IMG/VR virus record: IMGVR_UViG_3300030419_005383
Location: 10,296 to 74,295 of that record
Reading direction: 5' to 3' (one strand)
DNA length: 64,000 bases
Origin: a virus
Positions 15,999 to 24,961 of this stretch are shown in pieces. A model generated the notes under the pieces. The model was not told where the DNA came from and did no database searches. It saw only the letters and a list, made by a program, of their open reading frames with translations. The position numbers and the translations under genes are program-made. Every line of letters starts with the position of its first letter. Position 1 is the first letter of the stretch.

Positions 15999-16630
15999 TG
16001 TCTCTAATTGCAAAGCTTGAGGCTGAGCGGGCCAATAAATCGCGCGGCGAAATTGATGAATCCGAAAAGGAATCTAAAATCTTGCAGCCAGCCACGTTGA
16101 TGCGAATCCTCAATGAATCGCTGGACGCAAAGTGTGTCAACAAGAAAACGGCCAAGGCCTGGTCCTCATATCGGCACAGGGTGCAAGACGTTGGGTGGCC
16201 ATTGGAGAACCTGCTTGGCTCCGTGACTCCTGAGATCTGGAGCAACATTTGTGAAGGTGCCATTGCCGGAATGCTGAAGACCATTCGTCACAGCCAGTCG
16301 AACGGCGATTGGCAGATTACAGAATATGAAGCAGACATTAGGCGTGATAGGGATGGCCGCGAGCGGGTGATGGTGGCGGTTAAATGGGTTGACGCCAAAA
16401 ACCAAAACGACCTGACTTATCAAAACGGAATCCCCAGCAATCTAAACGTGAACATTAAGCAAGCCGCAATACCTGATGAAGTCATCAATGCAATCACCAA
16501 CCGCGGCAACAGCAGCAACGATGATGAGTTGAAGGAGCTGCTTAAGGGCTTGGTTTCAGAAATGGCCCAGGCCAGGAAAAGCAACGAAGAAAAACCTGCA
16601 CCAGAAGAGGGCGTTCACCTTGCCGAATGA
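15998..16630 (+). CDS. Hypothetical protein
   Basis: 210-aa coupled ORF. Confidence 0.75.
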   Translation: MSLIAKLEAERANKSRGEIDESEKESKILQPATLMRILNESLDAKCVNKKTAKAWSSYRHRVQDVGWPLENLLGSVTPEIWSNICEGAIAGMLKTIRHSQSNGDWQITEYEADIRRDRDGRERVMVAVKWVDAKNQNDLTYQNGIPSNLNVNIKQAAIPDEVINAITNRGNSSNDDELKELLKGLVSEMAQARKSNEEKPAPEEGVHLAE

Positions 16631-16868
16631 TGTAAATGTCCCGAAAGGTTTTGATGCTTGGAATGTTGAGATTCTACAGAAGGCTGTTTTTGAGCCTGGA
16701 AAGTGGACAAGTCGAACATTGAGCGAACACTACCAAGTGCCTTGGCCGACTATGAAAAATCGAGTCGGTCATCTTCGAGCCGTCGGCTACATCAAACGAA
16801 AGGTGCATGCGATTATTGCAACAGATGATGGCCGAGTGGCGTACCACAAGCGGATGAACATGATTTGA
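16620..16868 (+). CDS. Small winged-helix protein
   Basis: TSRTLSEHYQVPWPTMKNRVGHLRAVGYI pattern. Confidence 0.6.
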   Translation: MPNDVNVPKGFDAWNVEILQKAVFEPGKWTSRTLSEHYQVPWPTMKNRVGHLRAVGYIKRKVHAIIATDDGRVAYHKRMNMI

Positions 16869-17041
16869 GACAGTGTGAACAAGACCAGTGCCTACAAAGA
16901 GCCGTGGTATTGACTGACACAATCCATAATCAACCAATGTGGTTGTGTGGCCAGTGTGCAATCAAGGCGCTTCGGGCATTGGCCGACAACGAGGAAATAG
17001 ATGGCGCGGTGCGGACGATGCGGACTCTTCCAAGAGGATGA
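16865..17041 (+). CDS. Possible small Zn-finger protein (not in ORF track)
   Basis: TTGA overlap; CEQDQC...WLCGQC. Overlaps the next ORF by 41 nt. Confidence 0.35.
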   Translation: MRQCEQDQCLQRAVVLTDTIHNQPMWLCGQCAIKALRALADNEEIDGAVRTMRTLPRG

Positions 17042-17288
17042 CCAGATGGGTGCCGAGATTGGCGGCACATGTCTTTGGTTCCTGATGGAAGTTCCGGTTG
17101 ATGCTGTGTGGGATGAGCGAGAATGTGAAAAATTCCACAAGCGCGTCTCCTCGTGGGAGCCCATCGACCACTGGCGCTTCATGCGAGAAAGAGACGGTAT
17201 GCGTGATGCCTACAAGGGGGTTCAGCGAGCAATCTTCTTCTCTCTCGTTTCTGTTCTGTTCAGTCTTGCCTCCTATATGAGTAAATAA
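17001..17288 (+). CDS. Cys-rich protein with C-terminal transmembrane helix
   Basis: CGRC..C..C and AIFFSLVSVLFSLASYM; GAGG SD. Confidence 0.65.
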   Translation: MARCGRCGLFQEDDQMGAEIGGTCLWFLMEVPVDAVWDERECEKFHKRVSSWEPIDHWRFMRERDGMRDAYKGVQRAIFFSLVSVLFSLASYMSK

Positions 17289-17293
17289 GACCC

Positions 17294-17362
17294 TCCCCCT
17301 TGGCTCAATCATGCCCTGAAATTGCGGACAGCCAGGGTTCCCACCGGTTGGGCTAAGGGGGA
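17294..17362 (+). other. Long RNA hairpin (17-bp stem with 3 G-U pairs, inner CCCTG/CAGGG stem)
   Basis: TCCCCCTTGGCTCAATC pairs with GGTTGGGCTAAGGGGGA. Lies just upstream of the FmdB-like gene. Confidence 0.6.
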
Positions 17363-17375
17363 CACCATAATCAAA

Positions 17376-17576
17376 ATGCCAATTTACGACTTTAAATGCA
17401 CCAATTGCGAGACAAAAGTAGAGCGGATGCAGCGGTATGACGATGATCCGCCGATCTGCAAGAAGTGCTGTGGATCAATGTCTCGCATGATTTCAGTGAC
17501 CAACTTCTCTCTTAAAGGAGCAGGCTGGTACAAAGATCACTACGGGCTCAAGCCCACTAAAAACAATCAATCGTAA
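17376..17576 (+). CDS. FmdB-family zinc-ribbon protein
   Basis: MPIYDFKCTNC...CKKC...FSLKGAGWYKDHYG. Confidence 0.85.
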   Translation: MPIYDFKCTNCETKVERMQRYDDDPPICKKCCGSMSRMISVTNFSLKGAGWYKDHYGLKPTKNNQS

Positions 17577-17932
17577 ACGACTTTGACAATAACAGCAGTG
17601 GACAGAGCAGTGGTGCCACCTTCACCTGGCGTCGTGACGCATGCCATCTTGATTGCCGTACCAAAAGCAATGCCCTCAGAGAACTGATATGCAACCTTTT
17701 TGCCAGCAGGAGCAAATAAAGTCATGTCGTTCGAAGTGGTCCCAGGGGTCGGGCTGGCATGGTCGTAAAACTTAACGTATGCATCTTCTGAACTGGCCGC
17801 AGTGTTGTCAATCTCTACACACTGAAGGGTTCCAGACGATCCCTTAAAAGTCACGGCAGTAGCGTTGGCGCTTGTGTCTTTACCGAACGAGGCGCCAAGC
17901 CGGGTGGTTAATGTCAGTGTCGTAAGAGCCAT
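17567..17932 (-). CDS. Small beta-rich virion-type protein (paralogue of 17946-18320)
   Basis: Thr/Gly/Ala-rich. YVKFYDHASPT...IAFGTAIKMAC parallels FLHIWNDAAPT...IAFSNGVSWAC. Confidence 0.75.
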   Translation of the reverse strand: MALTTLTLTTRLGASFGKDTSANATAVTFKGSSGTLQCVEIDNTAASSEDAYVKFYDHASPTPGTTSNDMTLFAPAGKKVAYQFSEGIAFGTAIKMACVTTPGEGGTTALSTAVIVKVVYD

Positions 17933-17945
17933 GTTGGTTCCGGTA

Positions 17946-18320
17946 TCAGGTTGAAATCAACGTAACAGAACAAGTCGAACCACCAGAGACCGCAGAGCCG
18001 ACACCTGTTCCGCCAGCGTCACCGCACGCCCAAGAAACGCCATTCGAGAAAGCGATTGGATCACTGATCGTTACAACCTGACGTTGCCCGTTCGTAATTG
18101 GAAAACAAATATGAGATGCGGTCGATGCTGCTGTTGGAGCGGCGTCATTCCAAATATGCAGGAAAATTTTAGTCGAGGCGCCACCATTATGGGTCACATC
18201 AATGCAAGAGATCTTGGCAGCGCCGCCAACAATGTTGTTGTCTGCCGTTGTTCCTACTGCTGTTTGCTTCACCCGTTGATTTTTAAATTTAGCGAACGGA
18301 ACTGTTGCAGTGAAAGCCAT
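17946..18320 (-). CDS. Small beta-rich virion-type protein
   Basis: Paralogue of the downstream gene; GGAG SD. Confidence 0.75.
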   Translation of the reverse strand: MAFTATVPFAKFKNQRVKQTAVGTTADNNIVGGAAKISCIDVTHNGGASTKIFLHIWNDAAPTAASTASHICFPITNGQRQVVTISDPIAFSNGVSWACGDAGGTGVGSAVSGGSTCSVTLIST

Positions 18321-18344
18321 GATCAATCTCCGGTTGTATCGATT

Positions 18345-18566
18345 CTACTTGGTCTCAGGAGTTGCTTCAACTTTCTTGATCGGTTCGGACACGACAACTG
18401 CTGCCGTGTCTTCCACCGACTTCATCTCTTCGACCCGTGCCAGGATCTCAGAGAGCTTTTCGTTCATCTCCAGGGCCTGTTCCACAACTGTTTCTGTCTG
18501 AACTTGTGCCGGTTCAGGTGCCGGCTCATCAGCGAAAGCCAAAGTAACAAGAACAACAAGTTTCAT
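18345..18566 (-). CDS. Small signal-peptide coiled-coil protein (lysis region)
   Basis: MKLVVLVTLAFA-DEP. Confidence 0.6.
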   Translation of the reverse strand: MKLVVLVTLAFADEPAPEPAQVQTETVVEQALEMNEKLSEILARVEEMKSVEDTAAVVVSEPIKKVEATPETK

Positions 18567-18574
18567 GATGACCT

Positions 18575-18772
18575 CTATTGTGGTGTGCGCGGGGCAATGT
18601 TGTCGAGTATCTCCAGAATAGCACTGGTCTGCGTATTGGCCTGTTCCATCTGGATTCGGATCTGTGCCAATTCGACTTTGACCTCAACCACAAACGTGGC
18701 AAGACCAATCAAAGCCGCAGTCAACAGTCCCGTTAGCACTTTGTGGATTGCTTCCCAGGTGTTTCCGTTCAT
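18575..18772 (-). CDS. Small membrane protein (lysis region)
   Basis: One transmembrane helix plus short coiled coil. Confidence 0.6.
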   Translation of the reverse strand: MNGNTWEAIHKVLTGLLTAALIGLATFVVEVKVELAQIRIQMEQANTQTSAILEILDNIAPRTPQ

Positions 18773-19161
18773 TTCCCACTCCCCTTTTGTTGTCGGGCTA
18801 ACTCTTTCATCTTCGCTTCCTGGTAGTGGGATCTCATTTCACCAAGACCTGTTTCCATCATTTGATGTAGCTCAGATAATCTTGTAAGCACTGATTCTCT
18901 CACGTCTTCATTCCGATCTTGGTATTCGCGCACTACGCTGTCGTACCGCTCCCTCAACGATTCTTCACGAGCCTCGTATTTCGCGGCCAATTCAGACAGC
19001 TTTTCCTCGAATCGGGTTTGCATTGCATCAGAACGCTCTGATGATGCCTTTTGTTCTTCATGCTGCCGTTTGGTCATTGAGAGATGCTGCCAGACCATAA
19101 AAGCAGCAAATAATCCAAGCGCCCCATAATCTAATAGCGTGTTCAGTAGTGCATCAGTCAT
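18769..19161 (-). CDS. BhlA-like holin/coiled-coil membrane protein
   Basis: LLDYGALGLFAAFMVW followed by a long coiled coil. Confidence 0.55.
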   Translation of the reverse strand: MTDALLNTLLDYGALGLFAAFMVWQHLSMTKRQHEEQKASSERSDAMQTRFEEKLSELAAKYEAREESLRERYDSVVREYQDRNEDVRESVLTRLSELHQMMETGLGEMRSHYQEAKMKELARQQKGSGK

Positions 19162-19574
19162 TGTTGCCCCCCGGCCACTTGAGCAAGCGCCCACCCAGTT
19201 CCAATACAGACTACTACCCCACCGACAAGGCCCATGGCAACGTGAACACCGGGGCGTTGCACAATTGGTTCAGCCCGCTCAGCATCCAACATTTGTTGTA
19301 GCTGCGCCGACTTCCACTCAGCCATTTCTACGGACAATTCGAGTTCAGCAGTATCAATGCGGTATCTCGCTTCCAGATGTTCCGCCCACTTCTCAGTGGC
19401 GTACAAATCCGCAGCGACGGACAAAGGAAGCGCCACAGCAGCGCAATCAGTAGCGTCGCGTAACCCTGGGGTCACACTGAAAGCCTCTGGACACTCCCCA
19501 GGGACAGGTTGCGGTGGTTCTGGCCTTGCCGGAGGCTCGATGGCAAGAGCCGTACTGAACAGCAACCAAATCAT
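19158..19574 (-). CDS. Signal peptide, Pro-rich, coiled-coil and C-terminal TM protein (spanin-like)
   Basis: MIWLLFSTALA-IEPP...; C-terminal VAMGLVGGVVVCIGTGWAL. Confidence 0.55.
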   Translation of the reverse strand: MIWLLFSTALAIEPPARPEPPQPVPGECPEAFSVTPGLRDATDCAAVALPLSVAADLYATEKWAEHLEARYRIDTAELELSVEMAEWKSAQLQQMLDAERAEPIVQRPGVHVAMGLVGGVVVCIGTGWALAQVAGGQQ

Positions 19575-19849
19575 TATCGTTTCCGCTTATTGATCATGTC
19601 GGCGAGCGCATCGGCATCGCCGCTTTCGATCACTTCACGAACCTCTTCTTGCTCAGCTTCAGCCTGGCGATCAATCTCAACACGCGCCACTGCAATCGCT
19701 TCATCTGGTGCAGGGGGTGGGTCAATCGACGTTTGCGTTGGCTTCTCTAACCCACGCAGAAACCACATCTTAGCAATGATACCTGCCAGACCGGCGCCGA
19801 GAACGCCGATCAGGACGGTAAATATATGCGTTGAGATGTCTTCGATCAT
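19574..19849 (-). CDS. Membrane-anchored protein (i-spanin-like)
   Basis: N-terminal TM followed by a charged helical segment. Confidence 0.55.
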   Translation of the reverse strand: MIEDISTHIFTVLIGVLGAGLAGIIAKMWFLRGLEKPTQTSIDPPPAPDEAIAVARVEIDRQAEAEQEEVREVIESGDADALADMINKRKR

Positions 19850-20088
19850 TCGTCCGTGGCTTTGAGCACCAGATCGACAATCACATCAATGATGATGCCG
19901 AGAATCAAACTCTCTTGGCGCTCGCTGAGGAACGGAATGTCGAGCTTGGCGTTCACCGTATCGACAACCCATTCACGTTTTTCGGCTCCTGAGCCGGCTT
20001 CAGGAAACAGAACCTCAGCCATTTGGATGGCTCTGGTCAGGACCTTGCCGAGATCAGATGGACTCACGCGACGCTTCTTTCTACCCAT
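19846..20088 (-). CDS. Holin-associated small protein
   Basis: AEVLFPEAGSGAEKREWV...LDIPFLSERQE motif resembles LL-H-type holin families. Confidence 0.55.
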   Translation of the reverse strand: MGRKKRRVSPSDLGKVLTRAIQMAEVLFPEAGSGAEKREWVVDTVNAKLDIPFLSERQESLILGIIIDVIVDLVLKATDE

Positions 20089-20091
20089 GGT

Positions 20092-20931
20092 TTACCCCTT
20101 GAGTTTTTTGTACACAGCCCAGCAGACGAAGGTAGACCACATTCCGTCTTCGACCAAGCCGTTATCTTGTTGGAACTTTTCAAGTGCAGCCTGCGATAGG
20201 CGCCCCCAGTCGCCGTCAGCTCCGTAGCTGCCCAGGTCGTAACCAAGCGCCATCAGCACCCGCTGACGCTGCTCAGCCGAGCGGAATGGTGTCCACACGT
20301 CTGGAATGCCTGGGTCGTCGTAGATGCCTCTCAGGACCTCCGCAAACGGGAACCCGATGACATCGAGCTTCCTGGCGGGGCAGATGTCGTGATGACCATG
20401 ATGGTGCTCAGGACGGATGTGCGGGAACCGTTCAATGATTTCCTGGCCGACGCCGATCATCATTGTGATCTGCTCATCAGTCCACGGCTGAATTTCCATT
20501 TCGCTACGACCGCGATGGTCCAGCACCTTAATCCAATCGTGAGCAGCAGGTACACCCTTACGTGCGTAGCCGATGTTCACGGTTTCAATCCCGATGGTCG
20601 TGCGGGCGCCACTCCAAGACGAGCTACTGCGCTTGCCGTCAAACCGGAGGGTTTGGCCCTTACCTGCATGCCAGGAACGATTCTCAAGCGTCACGTAGCG
20701 ATGCACACCCTCTTTGTACGAGCGACCCACGCCATAGTGCGCAGATGCCGAACCCTTACGCAGGGCGTTGGCGCCACCCAGAATACGTGTGCAGGTCTTC
20801 AGGTCCCAGGTTGCCGTCCAGTGCCAGGTCACACCGTGAGGTTTCCCGCCAGTGGCGTTTGGCCAACCAGCCGAGACAGCGTGACCCCGCTTGACCGGAA
20901 TCAGGTACTCATCGCTGATCTCGAATGCCAT
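20092..20931 (-). CDS. Endolysin: N-acetylmuramoyl-L-alanine amidase (Amidase_2) plus PG-binding domain
   Basis: WHWTA, SAHY, SWHAG, IGIETVN, GHHDI...KLD; C-terminal DGDWGRLSQAALEKFQQDNGLVEDG. Confidence 0.93.
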   Translation of the reverse strand: MAFEISDEYLIPVKRGHAVSAGWPNATGGKPHGVTWHWTATWDLKTCTRILGGANALRKGSASAHYGVGRSYKEGVHRYVTLENRSWHAGKGQTLRFDGKRSSSSWSGARTTIGIETVNIGYARKGVPAAHDWIKVLDHRGRSEMEIQPWTDEQITMMIGVGQEIIERFPHIRPEHHHGHHDICPARKLDVIGFPFAEVLRGIYDDPGIPDVWTPFRSAEQRQRVLMALGYDLGSYGADGDWGRLSQAALEKFQQDNGLVEDGMWSTFVCWAVYKKLKG

Positions 20932-21137
20932 CAGGACTTCCAGGCCGAGACAGCCTTCTGTGCGGCATCAGAACCCACGTAAACCGTGCAGATCAGGATG
21001 TAGTCTTCACCTGTGATGACACCAAACGGCACCATTGCGGTGCAGGTCAACCAACACAAGAGTCGTCGATATGACAGTCTCTGACTGCCGAATGCGGCAT
21101 CTATCCACTTGGCAAGCATCTTAGCCTCCGTTGGCAA
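20931..21137 (-). CDS. Putative holin
   Basis: Small two-TM protein immediately upstream of the endolysin. Confidence 0.65.
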   Translation of the reverse strand: MPTEAKMLAKWIDAAFGSQRLSYRRLLCWLTCTAMVPFGVITGEDYILICTVYVGSDAAQKAVSAWKS

Positions 21138-21330
21138 TGTCTACAATTTGCTGGACGGTCAGTTGTTCAATGACAGTACCTGAGCCTGGGTAATGCACGC
21201 ATGACAAGTCTGGAGCCAAAACGCACAAGTCCGCATCATCTTCAGATTTGAATGCGTTGACTGTTTCACCATTCTCTGTGTAACGAACAATCGTCCGAGC
21301 TAAAAATTCTTGGGCTTCTTCTTGTGTCAT
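21121..21330 (-). CDS. Hypothetical small protein (MTQEEAQEFL...)
   Basis: Start reassigned to ATG 21330 (ATGA overlap). Confidence 0.6.
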   Translation of the reverse strand: MTQEEAQEFLARTIVRYTENGETVNAFKSEDDADLCVLAPDLSCVHYPGSGTVIEQLTVQQIVDIANGG

Positions 21331-22109
21331 GGGAACCACGTAGGCTGACGCCCCGAAAACGCGACGTGAAGTTTGAACGATATACTTTCTGTTCCCGCTG
21401 TACTTCCGCTTCGACCCAAAGCCAAAAAGAACGCAGGGGAAGAGTTCGTAAGCGACTGAGAAGTTGATGTTGCTCGCTTGGTATACTTCCAGGTCAATCC
21501 TGCTGCGGTTGTATTTGTCATTGCGTTGGCATGGCAACTTGACAGAATTTGTCCAGGCAGGACTTGGATCACACCTAAAACCCCGACAACACCGGCCTGT
21601 GCACCACTGTCGCTACCCGTTCCATCACGGCCGATACCAACCCGTACCTCTGGGTTGTCTTCATTCGATCCATCATAGTGAAGCCCGCTTAAAGCGAATG
21701 AAGAATCAGGCAGTCCTGCGGCATTTCCACAAACACCGCATGTGATGACAAGGTTGGAGTTACCTAATCCGCTATTGTCGGTAATCTCAAGGGCGGTCCA
21801 CAATGTGTTGATATCACCGCATACCCAGCCATCGAAACCAAGTGCCGGGGTGAGATCCCAGCCATACAACACACCTTCGCCGGGCTTATTACACGCGGTT
21901 CCACCTTGTACATGTACAGTCCAAACACCTAAAGCGTCTTGACTTGCTCCACCTGCACCCGCATCCAATCGAGTTGTGACGCTGGTCTCAACATTCGACA
22001 ACTTTGGTTGCCACCACTGCCCAGGCATACGAACTTTGTTGCCCATGATCGCGCTGCTACCATGTCGATTGACAATCGGCCCAGGAAGATTTGGTCGGCG
22101 ACGGTTCAT
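21327..22109 (-). CDS. Beta-rich virion/receptor-binding-type protein, paralogue B
   Basis: Shares GLH.D, VRVGI, AQAGV.G, WKYTKR and ISFK.H with 22106-22876. Confidence 0.75.
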   Translation of the reverse strand: MNRRRPNLPGPIVNRHGSSAIMGNKVRMPGQWWQPKLSNVETSVTTRLDAGAGGASQDALGVWTVHVQGGTACNKPGEGVLYGWDLTPALGFDGWVCGDINTLWTALEITDNSGLGNSNLVITCGVCGNAAGLPDSSFALSGLHYDGSNEDNPEVRVGIGRDGTGSDSGAQAGVVGVLGVIQVLPGQILSSCHANAMTNTTAAGLTWKYTKRATSTSQSLTNSSPAFFLALGRSGSTAGTESISFKLHVAFSGRQPTWFP

Positions 22110-22876
22110 AACGGAAACCAGATGTCAGGTTGGGCAGAAACCATGGCGTGGAATTTAAATGAAATCGTTTCAGCCGCAGTACCTGTTGCAATACGACCCA
22201 CTGCTAAGAACAGGACTGGATCATCACCACTGTCCCAGACAATAGCCGTCGCAGAAGACCGTTTCGTATATTTCCACGTCGGAGTGTTGGCCTGACAGGA
22301 ATGCGTCTGAGCGCTCATGATGCGTCGGTTTGGTCCAACTTCGATCATCCCAATGTAGCCAATGACACCCGCTTGGGCAGCAGAGCCCGAACCCTCACCA
22401 CCTGTGTCATGAATCCCAACACGAACATCCACGTTTGCGTGTGTGCTGTGGTCCCAGTGGAGCCCCGTCATTGCAAGTGTTTCGCTTGGGAGTCCTGAAC
22501 CTGTCTCAGTTAGGCCTGTTGCAACATAGAGTTCAGGTACATTTCCCGAACTGAATGTTGTACCTGTAACCTCAACGCACGACCAAAAAGTGAATGGTCG
22601 ATTAGGACGCATTCCTTTTGCATCTGCGGTATTCGGAAGATCCCAGTAGTAACAGATGCCATCCCCAATATCAGACGTTGAACCAGTATTGACGGTAAAC
22701 GTCCATGTGGCCCCGGATTGGCTGACACTTCCCAGCCCTGTTGTGCCTTTTACGTTTGCATTCGCAAGTTGGGGCGCAAACCACTCCATCTCTCCTGGTA
22801 CGTTCGGACGGTTGAGGTGCGAACGACCCCAACGATCAGAAATAAGCCCAGGAACAGTTGGATGGCGGTTAGGCAT
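22106..22876 (-). CDS. Beta-rich virion/receptor-binding-type protein, paralogue A
   Basis: Tandem paralogue of the downstream gene. Confidence 0.75.
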   Translation of the reverse strand: MPNRHPTVPGLISDRWGRSHLNRPNVPGEMEWFAPQLANANVKGTTGLGSVSQSGATWTFTVNTGSTSDIGDGICYYWDLPNTADAKGMRPNRPFTFWSCVEVTGTTFSSGNVPELYVATGLTETGSGLPSETLAMTGLHWDHSTHANVDVRVGIHDTGGEGSGSAAQAGVIGYIGMIEVGPNRRIMSAQTHSCQANTPTWKYTKRSSATAIVWDSGDDPVLFLAVGRIATGTAAETISFKFHAMVSAQPDIWFPL

Positions 22877-23232
22877 TAAGCAGTGATCCTGTTCGCATAG
22901 CCGAAGAGCAGGATAACGTCTGCCGTGCCCGCAAATGCTTCTATAACTTTAGAATTATTAAGAATCAGACCAGGAATAATCAAAGACAGACCTGATTCAG
23001 CAGGAATGGTTTGCTCGATATTTCCCTCATCCGCAGTTGCCGTTCCCCACTCCAGGGTCAGCTTCACAGCAGAAGTGCTTGTATTGGTCGCATAGAGCCA
23101 AATTTCATCAATATCAGAAGTGCCGGAAACGGCAGTATGGACAGCAGTTGCACCAGCAGTGTCTGTTCCAGAGACCTGATGCGCCAACCCATTACCACAG
23201 CCGGTAAGTACAATTTTACTCATAGTTGCCAT
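22876..23232 (-). CDS. Conserved small virion protein
   Basis: DEIWLYATN...LTLEWG...IPGLIL...AFAGTA...GYANRIT motif common in environmental phage tail regions. Confidence 0.75.
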   Translation of the reverse strand: MATMSKIVLTGCGNGLAHQVSGTDTAGATAVHTAVSGTSDIDEIWLYATNTSTSAVKLTLEWGTATADEGNIEQTIPAESGLSLIIPGLILNNSKVIEAFAGTADVILLFGYANRITA

Positions 23233-23762
23233 TACGAAAACACCTGCATGTGAAGGATTGTGTTCATGTCATTAGCAGCAGCACCACCACCGCCAATGGA
23301 TGAGTGGTCAGCAGACACGTCCATGAACTGAATAAGATACCAATTAGTTCCGTCAAACGTCCAGGTCGTTACATCACCGTTCGCGGTCGTGATGTCTGTC
23401 GAACCACCCTTCAGGTTGGTGCCGGTTACATCGAAAACGACTGCGGCTGTGGAAATGACCGTGATGGTTTGACCAGCCACGCCGCCATCAAACATCGTCA
23501 GCGTCTGACCACTGGCGTGGGTCTTGAACAGGTTGCCAGTTGCTACAGATGGTGTCGTGTCGGATGAGCTAAACGTTACAAACGTCTCGCTGGGCCCAGA
23601 GAATGCAGCAGAGCCAGCGACATGGAGCGTACAGTCTGGGGTGGCTGTGCCAACGCCAAGACGGTCATTGGTCTCGTCAACAACAACTGTAGGGCTATCG
23701 ACCTCAAGGTCGGTGAGGATCTGGGATCCTCCACTGCTGTTGAACGCACTGTAGAATCCCAT
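23232..23762 (-). CDS. Short tail fibre-like protein
   Basis: VDETNDRLGVGTATPDCTLHVAG fibre repeat; FDGTNWY. Confidence 0.75.
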   Translation of the reverse strand: MGFYSAFNSSGGSQILTDLEVDSPTVVVDETNDRLGVGTATPDCTLHVAGSAAFSGPSETFVTFSSSDTTPSVATGNLFKTHASGQTLTMFDGGVAGQTITVISTAAVVFDVTGTNLKGGSTDITTANGDVTTWTFDGTNWYLIQFMDVSADHSSIGGGGAAANDMNTILHMQVFS

Positions 23763-23771
23763 TTCTTCTCC

Positions 23772-24206
23772 CTATGCTCCACCACCACTGCGCTTGTCTG
23801 CCCAATGAAGACGTGCGCTCGCAATTTCTGGATTTCCCGTTGCGTCATCAACGAGAACCCAAAGGTAGCACTTTCCTGCCGTTGTTTGAGCCGTTGGCGC
23901 AGTCACCAAAGCATCAAGGGCAATGGACACATGCTTCAAGTTGCTTGTGCTTCCCGATTGCAGTTTCTGACCAGTCGCCTCACCCGTCATCGGGTGATCT
24001 TTACCACTGTCCCATGTCAGGAAACATGAGACAGTCGTGGCGCTGTTTGCGTTGGTCAAAGACAGATCAACATGCGACAAGTAGCACGCCTGCGGCATCG
24101 CCCGTGAACGAGCATCAACCGCTGCATCCTCATGAAGCAAAAGCCCGTTCCCGTAAGACGCAGTGATTTCGGTTGTCGCGTTGTCGTTGCAAATAAATCC
24201 CTGCAT
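23772..24206 (-). CDS. Hypothetical virion protein
   Basis: AGGAGGTG SD; beta-rich. Confidence 0.7.
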   Translation of the reverse strand: MQGFICNDNATTEITASYGNGLLLHEDAAVDARSRAMPQACYLSHVDLSLTNANSATTVSCFLTWDSGKDHPMTGEATGQKLQSGSTSNLKHVSIALDALVTAPTAQTTAGKCYLWVLVDDATGNPEIASARLHWADKRSGGGA

Positions 24207-24236
24207 TGGGACACCTCCTGCGTCAGGGATTCAGAA

Positions 24237-24860
24237 TCAGGTAGACGGGTTGACGATGTCTACGATGAACATTTCCAACTCAACATCATTGTCGTTGTGG
24301 TTAGCAGACCACTGAGAGTCGATTGACAGCACTAGAGCAGCGGTTGTGTCAACGGCTGCGGTTCCAGAAATGCTCGTTGCAATTTGAGACTTAACTGCCT
24401 GATCACTTGGCTGAGAGTATGTCCACATTGCGTAGCCAGTTGCTGTTGCTCCAACAGTTCTGAATTGAATGGCTCCGTCAATAACGCAAAAATCACCATC
24501 AGCTACGGTTGCATCGTTCGTAGTCAAAAGCTGGTTGTTACTGGCAGGCGTTGTAGTGTTAGCCCCAAGACTCACAAAAATCTGCAATGCGTCAGTACCG
24601 TTTACGTCTGAATTCCGCGTAACAGCGCGAACCCGAATCGTAGATCCTGCAACCAAAGTGTTGGCGGGGATCGTATACGTTCCGAGCATTGTGTGAACAG
24701 TCGTGTCGTATGTAGAGCCTTCCTTTGCGGCTTGGGCTGTAATCGCATGGGCTTGGCCACCGACGTACATCTTGGCGCCAGAGCCACGGCCATGATCAAC
24801 AACCAAAGCCAAACCGTGTTCAAGGGCGCGACCGCCCATCAGTGCAGGAATCTTAGACAT
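24237..24860 (-). CDS. Hypothetical virion protein
   Basis: GGAGG SD before ATG 24860; YTIPANTLVAGSTIRVRA. Confidence 0.75.
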   Translation of the reverse strand: MSKIPALMGGRALEHGLALVVDHGRGSGAKMYVGGQAHAITAQAAKEGSTYDTTVHTMLGTYTIPANTLVAGSTIRVRAVTRNSDVNGTDALQIFVSLGANTTTPASNNQLLTTNDATVADGDFCVIDGAIQFRTVGATATGYAMWTYSQPSDQAVKSQIATSISGTAAVDTTAALVLSIDSQWSANHNDNDVELEMFIVDIVNPST

Positions 24861-24961
24861 CTTCAGCCTCCAGGGGCTCAACTAGGTGGACAGGTGATCA
24901 GCATAACATGAGGCACAAGTCTGACAGAAAGTCTGATCAAAACTCAACCAAAAGCACAGCA

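Noticed and set aside
18084-18887. 267-aa + strand ORF
   Set aside because: Shadow over several closely packed - strand genes that have good SDs.
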